Assembly (NCBI GenBank): GCA_039812025.1
Contig: JBDHZS010000001.1
Span: 1,429 to 65,428 of the forward strand
Source of the DNA: Nocardioides sp.
GTDB taxonomy: Bacteria; Actinomycetota; Actinomycetes; Propionibacteriales; Nocardioidaceae
Reading direction: 5' to 3'
DNA: 64,000 bases
Shown: piece by piece, positions 1 through 8,105 of the stretch
Numbering within the stretch: position 1 is the stretch's first letter
How the letters are laid out: the number at the start of each line of letters is the position of its first letter
Notes under the pieces: generated by a model
What the model saw: the letters and a program-made list of their open reading frames with translations, nothing else
What the model was told of the DNA's origin: nothing
Database searches by the model: none
Made by a program: the position numbers and the translations under genes

Positions 1-616
1 CGACGACCACGAAGGCGCCGACCCACATGTGGGCGAACATCAGCCACACGCCGTCGTTGAACATCGCCTTCCACGGGTCGACGTCGACGATCTCGCCGGC
101 CGCGGTGAGCCGGAAGCCGGTCGGGTTGTTCATCCAGGCGTTGACCGCGATTACGCAGAACGTGCCGATCACGCCCGCGCAGGCCATCGGGACCAGCATC
201 AGCAGGTGGATCCGCGGAGGCATCCGGCCCCAGCCGTAGAGGTAGATGCCGAGGAAGATCGCCTCGACGAAGAACGACAGCCCCTCGAAGGCGAACGGCA
301 GGCCCAGTACGTCGCCGTACTTGCCCATCAGCCCTGGCCAGAGCAGGCCCATCTCGAAGCTGAGAACGGTCCCGGAGACCGCGCCGATGGCGAATAGCAC
401 CGCTGACACCTTCGACCACCGCTTGGCCAGCTCGAGCGCCACCGTGTCACCACGGAAGACCCCGCGCCAGTGGACGACGAAGATCATCGACGGGAAGGCC
501 ACGCCGAAGCAGGCCAGGATGATGTGCCAGCCCAGCGACAGCGCCATCTGGTTACGCGCGGGCAGCAGGCCGGACGGTGCATCAGACACCAGGACTTGTA
601 GTGCCTCAAGGGTCAT
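1..616 (-). CDS. cydA: Cytochrome bd ubiquinol oxidase subunit I, 5' part (runs off window)
   Basis: Manual minus-strand translation from ATG 616: ...ARNQMALSLGWHIILACFGV...FAIGAVSGTVLSFEMG...FEGLSFFVEAIFLG...NAWMNNP, which are CydA motifs; GAGGAG RBS upstream. Confidence 0.93.
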   Translation of the reverse strand, partial: MTLEALQVLVSDAPSGLLPARNQMALSLGWHIILACFGVAFPSMIFVVHWRGVFRGDTVALELAKRWSKVSAVLFAIGAVSGTVLSFEMGLLWPGLMGKYGDVLGLPFAFEGLSFFVEAIFLGIYLYGWGRMPPRIHLLMLVPMACAGVIGTFCVIAVNAWMNNPTGFRLTAAGEIVDVDPWKAMFNDGVWLMFAHMWVGAFVVV

Positions 617-781
617 GGGCTCTCCTCAGTCAAGCCAGCACCAGGAACCGATCCCGGTCGCGATTTCACCGACGGTGCCTAGTTTTCGCGGACATGGTCG
701 CCCCCTTGCGCCGGCATCAGGCGCCCGTAGTTTCGCCCCTTGCCGGCGAAAGCCTGATAGTCCACGCGCCGCGGGCAAGAG

Positions 782-861
782 TCTACTATCGTTCATAGTA
801 GATGGGCGAAGTGGGCTGGCCCTGTCTGCGTACTGCCGCTCCTACTATGATCCCTAGTAGG
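782..861. promoter_or_regulatory. Two palindromic operators CTACTAT-N5-(A/C)TAGTAG (782-802, 841-861), BlaI/MecI/CopY-type
   Basis: tctactat-cgttc-atagtaga and cctacta-tgatccc-tagtagg in the divergent cydA/small-ORF spacer; similar to the recalled mycobacterial BlaI box TAC[GT]AC-N5-GT[AC]GTA. Confidence 0.6.
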
Positions 862-869
862 AGGTCGCG

Positions 870-1031
870 GTGCGAGTCTTGGAACTGACCTGCCCGGAGT
901 GCGACGTCACTCTTCAGGCGGGCGGCGAAACGGAGCTCGTTGAGCTTGGGCTACAACATGAGCGGAGCATTCACGACCGCGCGGCCTCGCGGCGGCACGT
1001 GCTGACCTCGATCTGGCTCCAGAATCGATAA
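870..1031 (+). CDS. 53-aa putative metal-binding protein (CxxC...HxxxH, DUF1059-like)
   Basis: AGGAGG RBS, GTG start; VRVLELTCPECDVTLQAGGETELVELGLQHERSIH...; below the ORF-track cutoff. Confidence 0.65.
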   Translation: MRVLELTCPECDVTLQAGGETELVELGLQHERSIHDRAASRRHVLTSIWLQNR

Positions 1032-1595
1032 TGGTGGCCCCGTTCGCGGTCAGACGGCGTCGGCCCGGATGCGCTGGATTCGACGAGTGGTGTCATTCGA
1101 AGTCCTCAAGTTCAGTGTGTCCGGGCCGATCTGTCTGATCAACAGCGATGATTCGCTGGGATCCTCCACCAGGAAGCGCCACCATGACCAAGTCTGCGAA
1201 GGCCGACGACGAGCCGAGGAGGGCGAAGGCCGACGGCGAGCCGAAGAAGGGGAAGAAGATCGTCGGAATCGTCGCCCTTCTCGCGGTCGCTGCCGCAGCG
1301 TACTTTCTCGTCCTCAAGCCGAAGTCCGAAGGGGATCCTGAGCCAGTCGCGGGCGAGGTCGTCACCCTCGAGCCGATCCAACTGAACCTCGCGGCCGGAA
1401 GCTATCTGCGGATCGCAATCGCGCTGCAGCTCAACGCTGAGGCCGAGGAAGCGGACGGCAGCAGAGCCCTCGACGCGACGATCGAGATGTTTTCAGGCCG
1501 AACCGTCGCGCAGCTTTCTGACCTCAAGCAACGGAAGAAGCTGAAGGAGGATCTCGCCGCTGAGGTTAAGGAGCTATATGACGGTGAGGTTATGG

Positions 1596-3088
1596 GGCTC
1601 TTCCGAGTTCCGGTGGGGGGTGAGCGGCGCGCCGGTGGCGGCGTGATCACCGGGTGTGAGGGGTCGAGGCCTCCAAGATCGGGAGCGACCAAACTGCCCG
1701 ACCGGGAAGGCCTCGACGTTGTCCGAGCCTACGGCGCGTACCGCTGCGCGCTGCCATCACGACGCCACCTACTGCTCCCGATGTGACCTACTGGTCGGCC
1801 TCGGCGACCTGCATGTCACCGACGTCGACTTCGATCACGACGTCGGGGTGCTCACTGTCGGCGTGGAGTCGTCGCGGACGCCGATGGGCTGCACTAGCTG
1901 CGGCGTGATCGCGTACAGCCACGGCCGTAGCGATGTCACACTGGTCGACGCGCCCTGCTTCGATCGGCCCGTGAAGCTGGTGTGGCGCAAGCGGACCTGG
2001 CGGTGCGAGGAGTTGTCGTGCCCGAGGAGGGTGTTCACCGAGCAGGACCCTGATGTCGCGGCGCCGCGGGCGTTGCTGACGACCCGGGCGTGTTGGTGGG
2101 CGATCAACCAGATCCGCCGCGAACACGCCTCGGTCCGCGGCATCGCCCGGCAGTTGGGGACGACGTGGAACACGGTGTGGACCTCGATCGAGCCGCTGTT
2201 GCAGGAGATGGCTGACAACGAGTCCCGGTTCGCCGGCGTCAAGCGCCTCGGGGTCGATGAGCACGTGTGGCACCACGTCAGCGAGTTCCCGATCGCCGAC
2301 GGCGGCCGCGGTCCCAAGCAGTTGACCGGGATGGTCGACCTCACCCCGGATCCCGACACAGGCAAGCCGAAGGCGCGGCTGCTCGACCTGGTCCCCGGCC
2401 GGTCTGGGAAGGCGTACAGCGACTGGCTCGCCGAACGGGGCGAGGCCTTCCGCGACGGTGTCGAGGTCGCCACGCTGGATCCGTTCCACGGCTACAAGAA
2501 CGCCATCGATGACCAGCTCGAAGACGCGACCGCCGTGCTCGACGCGTTCCACGTCGTCAAGCTCGGCACCCACGCCGTCGATGAGGTCCGCCGCCGGGTG
2601 CAGCAGGAGATCCACGGCCACCGCGGCCGCAAGAGCGACCCGCTGTACGGCATCCGCACGATCCTGCGCTGTGGTCAGGAGAAGCTCACCGACCGGCAGC
2701 GCTCCCGGCTGGACCGCGCGATCGCCGCCGACGAACGCCACGACGAAGTCCTCGTCGCGTGGCTGTGCGCGCAGAAGCTGCGGTCGGCCTACAAGGCGAA
2801 GAGCCCAGCCGAGGGACGGCGCATCGCCGAGAACCTCATCCGCTCGCTGCCGACGTGTCCGATCCCGGAGATCAAGCGGCTCGGCAAGACGTTGAAACAG
2901 TGGCGCGAAGCGTTCCTGGCCTACTTCGACACCGGCCGCGCCAACAACGGCGGCACCGAAGCGATGAACGGACTCATCGAGCTCCACCGCCGCGTCGCCC
3001 GCGGCTTCCGCAACCGCGACAACTACCGCCTACGCATGCTCCTCATCGGCGGCGGACTCACCCACCCCCACCTCAGGTAGGAAGAGCC
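1596..3088 (+). mobile_element. ISL3-family insertion sequence, 1493 bp
   Basis: Termini GGCTCTTCC / GGAAGAGCC; 8-bp target duplication GGTTATGG at 1588-1595 and 3089-3096. Confidence 0.95.
1719..3080 (+). CDS. ISL3 transposase
   Basis: CxxC zinc finger, LGVDEH, LDPF, DAFHVV, NGGTEAMNGLIE, ARGFRN; probable TTG start at 1719. Confidence 0.95.
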   Translation: MSEPTARTAARCHHDATYCSRCDLLVGLGDLHVTDVDFDHDVGVLTVGVESSRTPMGCTSCGVIAYSHGRSDVTLVDAPCFDRPVKLVWRKRTWRCEELSCPRRVFTEQDPDVAAPRALLTTRACWWAINQIRREHASVRGIARQLGTTWNTVWTSIEPLLQEMADNESRFAGVKRLGVDEHVWHHVSEFPIADGGRGPKQLTGMVDLTPDPDTGKPKARLLDLVPGRSGKAYSDWLAERGEAFRDGVEVATLDPFHGYKNAIDDQLEDATAVLDAFHVVKLGTHAVDEVRRRVQQEIHGHRGRKSDPLYGIRTILRCGQEKLTDRQRSRLDRAIAADERHDEVLVAWLCAQKLRSAYKAKSPAEGRRIAENLIRSLPTCPIPEIKRLGKTLKQWREAFLAYFDTGRANNGGTEAMNGLIELHRRVARGFRNRDNYRLRMLLIGGGLTHPHLR

Positions 3089-3653
3089 GGTTATGGATCT
3101 CTACATTACGGAGTTCGTGACGCAGTAGTCGCTGGAGCTCGCCGAGAAGGAGCCGCAACGCCGGGCCGGAACGACCCCACAGCAGTCCGGGATGTGTACC
3201 AGCCCACCCAGGAACCAACAACAGCCGTCCTGATCGGCGAAAACAACTCCCGTCCTTTAACTGGCGATAACCTATCTTCCGTCGCCCGGCGACGGGCGAG
3301 ACCGCCGGCTGTGGCTGCAGGGTCGTCGATCTCACGGGGGACCTGCGCGGAGGGCGGTGACACAACGGGGCTAGTCACCCGGCTCTTGTCGCCGGCGGTG
3401 CCTTCACCTCGCCGTCCCGAAAGACGGGGAATTCGACGCCGCGTGCGCCTCGACCTTGACATCCCTGTTGTCGCTTAAGGCGGTGGCCTCCGCCCGCTAT
3501 CGCGTGCTGTCCTGGGGCAGTATCTGTGCTGGATGAGCGCTCGACCTGGACCCCGCCTGTCTTCACGGCTCAGAACCATCTTTGGCCTATCTGTGCAGAA
3601 TCCGGGTCCCCAAACCGCCGCTGACCTGCGACGATGCGGCGCACGGCAGTGCA

Positions 3654-3668
3654 CTCTCAAGGCGGTAG
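3654..3668 (+). other. Relic att core matching the tRNA-Glu(CTC) anticodon loop and 3' stem
   Basis: CTCTCAAGGCGGTAG matches recalled actinobacterial tRNA-Glu (..CCGCC-CTCTCAA-GGCGG-TAG..); preceded by the same 15-mer found before the tRNA-fMet att core. Confidence 0.5.
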
Positions 3669-3780
3669 AAGTCAGAGACCGGCCGGGGAGTGGGACGGCT
3701 CGTCGGATGGCGCCGCCGATGCGTACGAAGCGCCAGGCTGTGGCCAGCAGTCAGCGCAGTGCCAGCCATCCGGCTGGAGG

Positions 3781-3960
3781 CTACGACGCCACTGCCAGCG
3801 ACTCGACGTACACCTCCAGATCTGCCTTGCGGACTAGGCGTGTGCGGTCGATGCGAACCGACTGCAGCTGGCCTGACTTCAGCAGCTCGTAGACCTTCGA
3901 GCGGCTGATGCTGAGGTAGGCGGCGACCTCTGGAATTCGGTAGAGCAGCTTGTCATCCAT
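3781..3960 (-). CDS. xis: Excisionase (HTH_17) of the left element
   Basis: MDDKLLYRIPEVAAYLSISRSKVYELLKSGQLQSVRIDRTRLVR; downstream of integrase. Confidence 0.9.
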   Translation of the reverse strand: MDDKLLYRIPEVAAYLSISRSKVYELLKSGQLQSVRIDRTRLVRKADLEVYVESLAVAS

Positions 3961-4113
3961 GGCTTCCTCCCGTGACGACGTCCTGACAGTCACCTATGGG
4001 AGTCGAAGACCCTCCGGCGATCACATGATCCGGAATCTCTTCCCGCGGGAGGCTCGTCGCAGCGCGGCCCGACGTCGTGCGACGAGGTCGTGACTTCACA
4101 GGCGTCGCAAGCT

Positions 4114-5235
4114 TCAGGCTCGCTCGGTGTGAGAGCGCCGCGTGATCCGGTCTAGTGCGTTCAGGTTCTTGTCGTCAGCGTCGGGAAGGCTGTGCAGGTA
4201 CTTCTGGGTTGTCTGAATCTGGGCGTGGCCCATCCGATCCATGACGCTCTTGAGATCCGACCCCCCGGCGAGCAGCCAGGATGCGTGGGCATGGCGTAGG
4301 TCGTGGATTCGGACGTTGAAGTCGACGCCGCTGGCCTTGACCGCGGGGAGCCACACGTGGGTGCGGAAGCTATTGCGGGATATTGGGGTTCCGAGCCTCG
4401 TCGCGAACAGCAGGTCGTCTGGCTCGAGACCCTCGTTCTTGATGCGCTCGGCGATCGCGTCGAGCCAGTCTTGGCGTACACCGAACGTTCGAGGTTCGTT
4501 GTCCTTCGGGTAGGGCTTGACGATGAACCGCTCGCCGGTGGGGGAGTGCTTCTTGGAGGTCTCTACGATCGTCTCCTCAACGGTCAGCGACCGCCGCAAG
4601 AAGTTGATGTGGCGCGGCCGGAGCGCGATCAGTTCGCCCCAGCGCATGCCGGTCTCGATGAAGGTCTCGACCATGAGCCGGTAGCGGTCGGGGACGGCAC
4701 GGATGAGGCCGTTGAACTCGTCGGGCGTCAGTGTGCGCGACTTCTTGGTAATCACCTTCGGCAGTTCGGTGTGGTCGCAGGGGTTGTGGACGAGGACCCG
4801 ATCGCGGACTGCGCGACGGAAGATGGACGAAAGGAGCACGTGGTACTTCTTGATCGACCTCGGTGAGAGTCCTTCCCTGTGCGCCTTGCTCACCCAGTCC
4901 TGCACCAAGGAGGGCGAGATCTTGTTCAGGGGCTGATTGCCGAACGCCGGGTAGAACTGCTTGTTCAGGTAGGACGTGTAGGCCGCGCGCGTAGTGATCT
5001 CGAGGTGCTTGTTCGGCAGCCACTCGTTCTCGATGTAGTCGCGGAAGGCGATCTCTCCGAGCGTGGTGTCGTGCCAGGAGCCGGCCAACACCTTCTGTTC
5101 CTCGCGGTTGGCCGCCCTCGCTGCTTCTCGTCGGGACGAGAAGGTGCCGGCCGAACGCTTGGCGCCATCGGGATCGCGGTAGAGGCCGATGAAGCGAGTA
5201 CCGCGTACCCCAGCCCGCTCTTCTACCCATGCCAT
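4114..5235 (-). CDS. int: Tyrosine integrase of the left element
   Basis: TGMRWGE, HDLRH, MGH...TTQKY catalytic residues; adjacent to att core. Confidence 0.95.
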   Translation of the reverse strand: MAWVEERAGVRGTRFIGLYRDPDGAKRSAGTFSSRREAARAANREEQKVLAGSWHDTTLGEIAFRDYIENEWLPNKHLEITTRAAYTSYLNKQFYPAFGNQPLNKISPSLVQDWVSKAHREGLSPRSIKKYHVLLSSIFRRAVRDRVLVHNPCDHTELPKVITKKSRTLTPDEFNGLIRAVPDRYRLMVETFIETGMRWGELIALRPRHINFLRRSLTVEETIVETSKKHSPTGERFIVKPYPKDNEPRTFGVRQDWLDAIAERIKNEGLEPDDLLFATRLGTPISRNSFRTHVWLPAVKASGVDFNVRIHDLRHAHASWLLAGGSDLKSVMDRMGHAQIQTTQKYLHSLPDADDKNLNALDRITRRSHTERA

Positions 5236-5262
5236 GTAGAGCCTCCAACCCGCGATGATCGC

Positions 5263-5282
5263 TGTGGGCAACTTGTGGGCAA
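5263..5282 (+). repeat. Putative integrase arm-type sites TGTGGGCAA x2; a related copy TGTGGGCAG lies at 5504-5512
   Basis: Direct repeats at 5263-5271 and 5274-5282 (11-bp period) between int and the att core. Confidence 0.6.
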
Positions 5283-5402
5283 ACGTTGCCGGATCGTGGC
5301 GGACGTCGGTGGACCCTGGTGGAATCCAAAAACGGCCGCTGACCTGCGAGTTTACTCGGATCCCAGCGCGATGGCGACCTCCGAAGAACCTAGGTGGAAT
5401 CA

Positions 5403-5445
5403 CTCATAACCCAGAGGTCGCAGGTTCAAATCCTGCCCCCGCTAC
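5403..5445 (+). other. att core: 3' half of tRNA-fMet(CAT), not an intact tRNA
   Basis: CTCATAACCCAGAGGTCGCAGGTTCAAATCCTGCCCCCGCTAC spans anticodon loop to acceptor stem; D-arm and 5' acceptor strand are absent upstream. Confidence 0.9.
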
Positions 5446-5449
5446 TCGT

Positions 5450-5490
5450 CAGGGCCGTGGATCCAGTGGATCCACGGCCCTGTTTGGTTT
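5450..5490 (+). terminator. Intrinsic terminator after the tRNA fragment
   Basis: 16-bp inverted repeat CAGGGCCGTGGATCCA-G-TGGATCCACGGCCCTG followed by TTTGGTTT. Confidence 0.75.
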
Positions 5491-5611
5491 GGTGATTTGA
5501 TCGTGTGGGCAGAAAGTGTCCAAGTACTCGGCTTGACCGTGCGGCGCGGTGATCCCGCGCGCGATCTGTGCCCGTCGTTGCTCGACGTTGCTCGATGCGA
5601 CGTTCCGCTCG

Positions 5612-5620
5612 GCACACCTG
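5612..5620 (+). promoter_or_regulatory. GCACACCTG motif 6 nt before the xis ATG (leaderless geometry)
   Basis: ggcacacctg-ctggtc-ATG with no RBS. Confidence 0.65.
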
Positions 5621-5626
5621 CTGGTC

Positions 5627-5857
5627 ATGGAGACCAACGCAACCCTGAGCGGCCTGGAACCGCTGATCGGAATCGAGGAGCTCGCCGAGTATCTCGGAGT
5701 GCCCATCAAGACGCTCTACAAGTGGCGTCAGGAAGGCACCGGCCCTTGCTCTGTGCGGGTCGGCCGCCACGTCCGGTACTTCGTCAGCGACGTCCGCGAC
5801 TGGCTCAGCCAACAGCGTGGCTTCGAGCAAGTCGGCGCGGCCGACGAAGCGAGGTGA
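5627..5857 (+). CDS. xis: Excisionase/AlpA-type HTH of the ICE
   Basis: LIGIEELAEYLGVPIKTLYKWRQEGTGPCSVRVGRHVRY; directly upstream of integrase. Confidence 0.9.
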   Translation: METNATLSGLEPLIGIEELAEYLGVPIKTLYKWRQEGTGPCSVRVGRHVRYFVSDVRDWLSQQRGFEQVGAADEAR

Positions 5858-5863
5858 TCTGAC

Positions 5864-7063
5864 ATGGGTAGGCCGCGAACGCCTATCGGCACCTTCGGTG
5901 AGATCCACTTCGAGAAGACACCGTCGGGCCAGGTTCGTGCCCGCGCGCGCTACCGCGACGACGACGGCCAGGTCCGCCGGGTCTCGGCCGTCGGGTCGAC
6001 GCAGAAGACCGCCGAACGCAATCTCAAGCAGCAACTCGGCAACCGCACGAGCCGGACGAACTACAACGAGGTCACCCCGGACAGTTCGTTCAAGCAGCTC
6101 GTCGACCTGTGGCTCGACGACCTCGACCTGACCGGGAAGCTGGCCGAGAGCACACGCGCTCTGTACGAGCGCAACATGCGCCAGCTCGTGCTCCCGGTTT
6201 TCGAGCATTACGCGCTGAGGGAGATCACGGTCGGTCGCGTCGATCGCTTCCTCAAGGCTCTGGCAGCGGGCAAGAGCTACAGCACCGCGAAGCAGGCCAA
6301 GACGGTGCTCAGCCTCGCGTTCGGGCTGGCGGTTCGGTACGACGCACTGAGGGAGAACCCGGTGCGGGACACGGCGAAGCTGCACAAGCCGCCGTCGCAG
6401 GCCAAGGCGCTCACCATCGAAGAGATCGAGGTGATCCGTCAGGCGGCTCGCAGTTGGCGTCGGGGGGCGGGCTTCGCCGGTCCGCCGCCGGACGGTCAGT
6501 TGGAGCAGATCATCGAGGTGCTGCTCGGCACGTCTGCCCGCATCGGTGAGGTGCTCGCCATCCGCAAGTGCGATGTCGATGTGACTGTGTCCCCGGCGAC
6601 CGTGCGGATCTGCGGGACGATCGTCTCCCCGAAGGGCAAGCCCACTCATCGTCAGCACCACCCCAAGGCGCAGAAGTCGACCCGGACCGTCTCTGTGCCG
6701 CCCTTCGTTGCTGAGGTGCTCCGCCAGCGCCTCGTGCTGATCGCGGAGGAAGAGTCGGAGCACCTGATCTTCTTCAGCCGCAACCGCACCCCGCTGACAA
6801 CGAACAACATCCGTCGTCGCCTGCGGGCGGTGCTGGAGGACGTCGAGATCGAGGGCGTGACCCCGCACTCCTTCCGCCGGACGGTGGCGACATTCCTGGA
6901 CAGGGCCAGTGGTCCGGATCTGGCGGCCGAGATGCTCGGGCACAGCTCGACCAAGATCACCAAGGAGCATTACATCCAGCCCGACGAGCGGGTCGACCCG
7001 GTCACGGCCACCATCTTGGAGGCGCTGGCCCCCAGGAGGGACGGTGATCGCGATGTCGCCTAG
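5864..7063 (+). CDS. int: Tyrosine integrase of the ICE
   Basis: TSARIGE, PHSFRR, LGH...ITKEHY. Confidence 0.95.
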   Translation: MGRPRTPIGTFGEIHFEKTPSGQVRARARYRDDDGQVRRVSAVGSTQKTAERNLKQQLGNRTSRTNYNEVTPDSSFKQLVDLWLDDLDLTGKLAESTRALYERNMRQLVLPVFEHYALREITVGRVDRFLKALAAGKSYSTAKQAKTVLSLAFGLAVRYDALRENPVRDTAKLHKPPSQAKALTIEEIEVIRQAARSWRRGAGFAGPPPDGQLEQIIEVLLGTSARIGEVLAIRKCDVDVTVSPATVRICGTIVSPKGKPTHRQHHPKAQKSTRTVSVPPFVAEVLRQRLVLIAEEESEHLIFFSRNRTPLTTNNIRRRLRAVLEDVEIEGVTPHSFRRTVATFLDRASGPDLAAEMLGHSSTKITKEHYIQPDERVDPVTATILEALAPRRDGDRDVA

Positions 7064-7118
7064 CGTTGCGGCTGTTACACTTGATTCAGATAGAGCAGAT
7101 AGTCTCTGGAGGTGGATC

Positions 7119-7502
7119 ATGACCGAGTTGCTCACCCGGGATGCCGACGCGCTGCACCGTGCCCTTGACAAGGGCGGCGACGAGATCGAGGTCAGTGTCT
7201 CCCGCGAGACGGCAGAGTGGCTCGCTCGGCTGGTCGACGCCAAGGCGCGCGGCCAGGAAGTCCTGCTCACCCGTGGCAACGCGGAAGTGACTCCTGCTGA
7301 GGCTGCCGAGCTGCTGGGGATGTCTCGTCCCCAGGTCCGCAAGCTGATGGACGAGGGCAAACTCGCATTCCGCAAGGTCGGCACCCACCACCGGGTCAAG
7401 CTCGCCTCCATCCACGCCTTCCTCGAAGCCGAGCGGGTCCACATGGAGGCCGGGATGGAAGAGTTCTCCCGGCTACAGAACGAGTTGGGCCTGGTGGAGT
7501 GA
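7119..7502 (+). CDS. Excisionase-family HTH antitoxin
   Basis: VTPAEAAELLGMSRPQVRKLMDEGKL..RKVGTHHRV; overlaps the PIN gene; GGAGG RBS; CAGATAG direct repeat upstream. Confidence 0.85.
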   Translation: MTELLTRDADALHRALDKGGDEIEVSVSRETAEWLARLVDAKARGQEVLLTRGNAEVTPAEAAELLGMSRPQVRKLMDEGKLAFRKVGTHHRVKLASIHAFLEAERVHMEAGMEEFSRLQNELGLVE

Positions 7503-8098
7503 GCGGACAGGAGGCCGAACCCCGCATCCTGTTCAGCGTCGTCCTGGCCGACGCCAACATCGTGTTCTCTCGTGTCCTGCGGGACTACGTGCTCTACGCG
7601 ATGACCCATCAGCTCATCCGGGTGAGATGGAGCCAGGCCATCCTGGACGAGGCCGTCAGGCGCCTGATCCAGAAGGTGGACGGCTTTGAGGAGGCATCCG
7701 GTGAGCGACTGGTCGCGGCCATGAACGGCACGTTCCCGTACTCCCAAGTCGAGTTGACCGAGGAGGCGAAGGCCACGGTCGCAGACTTCGTGCTGGTCGA
7801 CGATAACGATCGGCACGTCATTGCCGCCGCGGTCGCAGCCGAGGCAACGTTTGTATGTAGTGACGACCTCACGGGCTTCCCGCCCGACGTCATGGCAGCC
7901 CTGGGGATCGAGTGGGTGACCGCGGATGCCTTGCTCAGCAAGCTAGTCGAAGAAGCGCCCGAAACGATGCTCAAGGTCCATCGGACGGCGGTGTCTCGGC
8001 TGCCCGGCGCGACCGACGAGTCGACGATTACCGCGCTTCGAGGTGCCAGGGCCGAGCGGACAGCCGACCTCATGGAAGCCCTACTCAAAAAGTCCTGA
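7499..8098 (+). CDS. PIN-domain (VapC-like) toxin
   Basis: VLADANIV, ILDE, DDNDRHVIAAA, SDDLTGF acidic PIN motifs. Confidence 0.88.
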   Translation: MSGQEAEPRILFSVVLADANIVFSRVLRDYVLYAMTHQLIRVRWSQAILDEAVRRLIQKVDGFEEASGERLVAAMNGTFPYSQVELTEEAKATVADFVLVDDNDRHVIAAAVAAEATFVCSDDLTGFPPDVMAALGIEWVTADALLSKLVEEAPETMLKVHRTAVSRLPGATDESTITALRGARAERTADLMEALLKKS

Positions 8099-8105
8099 CC
8101 GGAAC

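Larger units (their letters stand above)
1184..3128 (+). pseudogene. fliL: fliL (flagellar basal body-associated protein) interrupted by ISL3 near its C-terminus
   Basis: N-terminal TM, LEPIQLNLA..YLRIAIAL; removing the IS and one target copy restores ...YDGEVMDLYITEFVTQ* (stop 3126-3128), a typical FliL end. Confidence 0.88.

Noticed and set aside
716-758. Hairpin ATCAGGC/TTTCGCC...GGCGAAA/GCCTGAT upstream of cydA as a riboswitch
   Set aside because: The pairing is real but matches no riboswitch consensus I recognise; an Rfam search would be needed
1148-1786. 212-aa intact FliL-like ORF
   Set aside because: Its C-terminal part is read-through into the IS left end; the true end lies at 3097-3128
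5370-5445. Intact tRNA-Met gene
   Set aside because: Sequence upstream of the anticodon loop cannot form the D-arm or 5' acceptor strand; only the 3' half is present
5426-7816. 796-aa minus-strand ORF, and similar long ORFs at 28865..30511, 42363..43922, 43980..45581, 57893..59656
   Set aside because: Antisense shadows of well-supported genes, expected in high-GC DNA; no motifs
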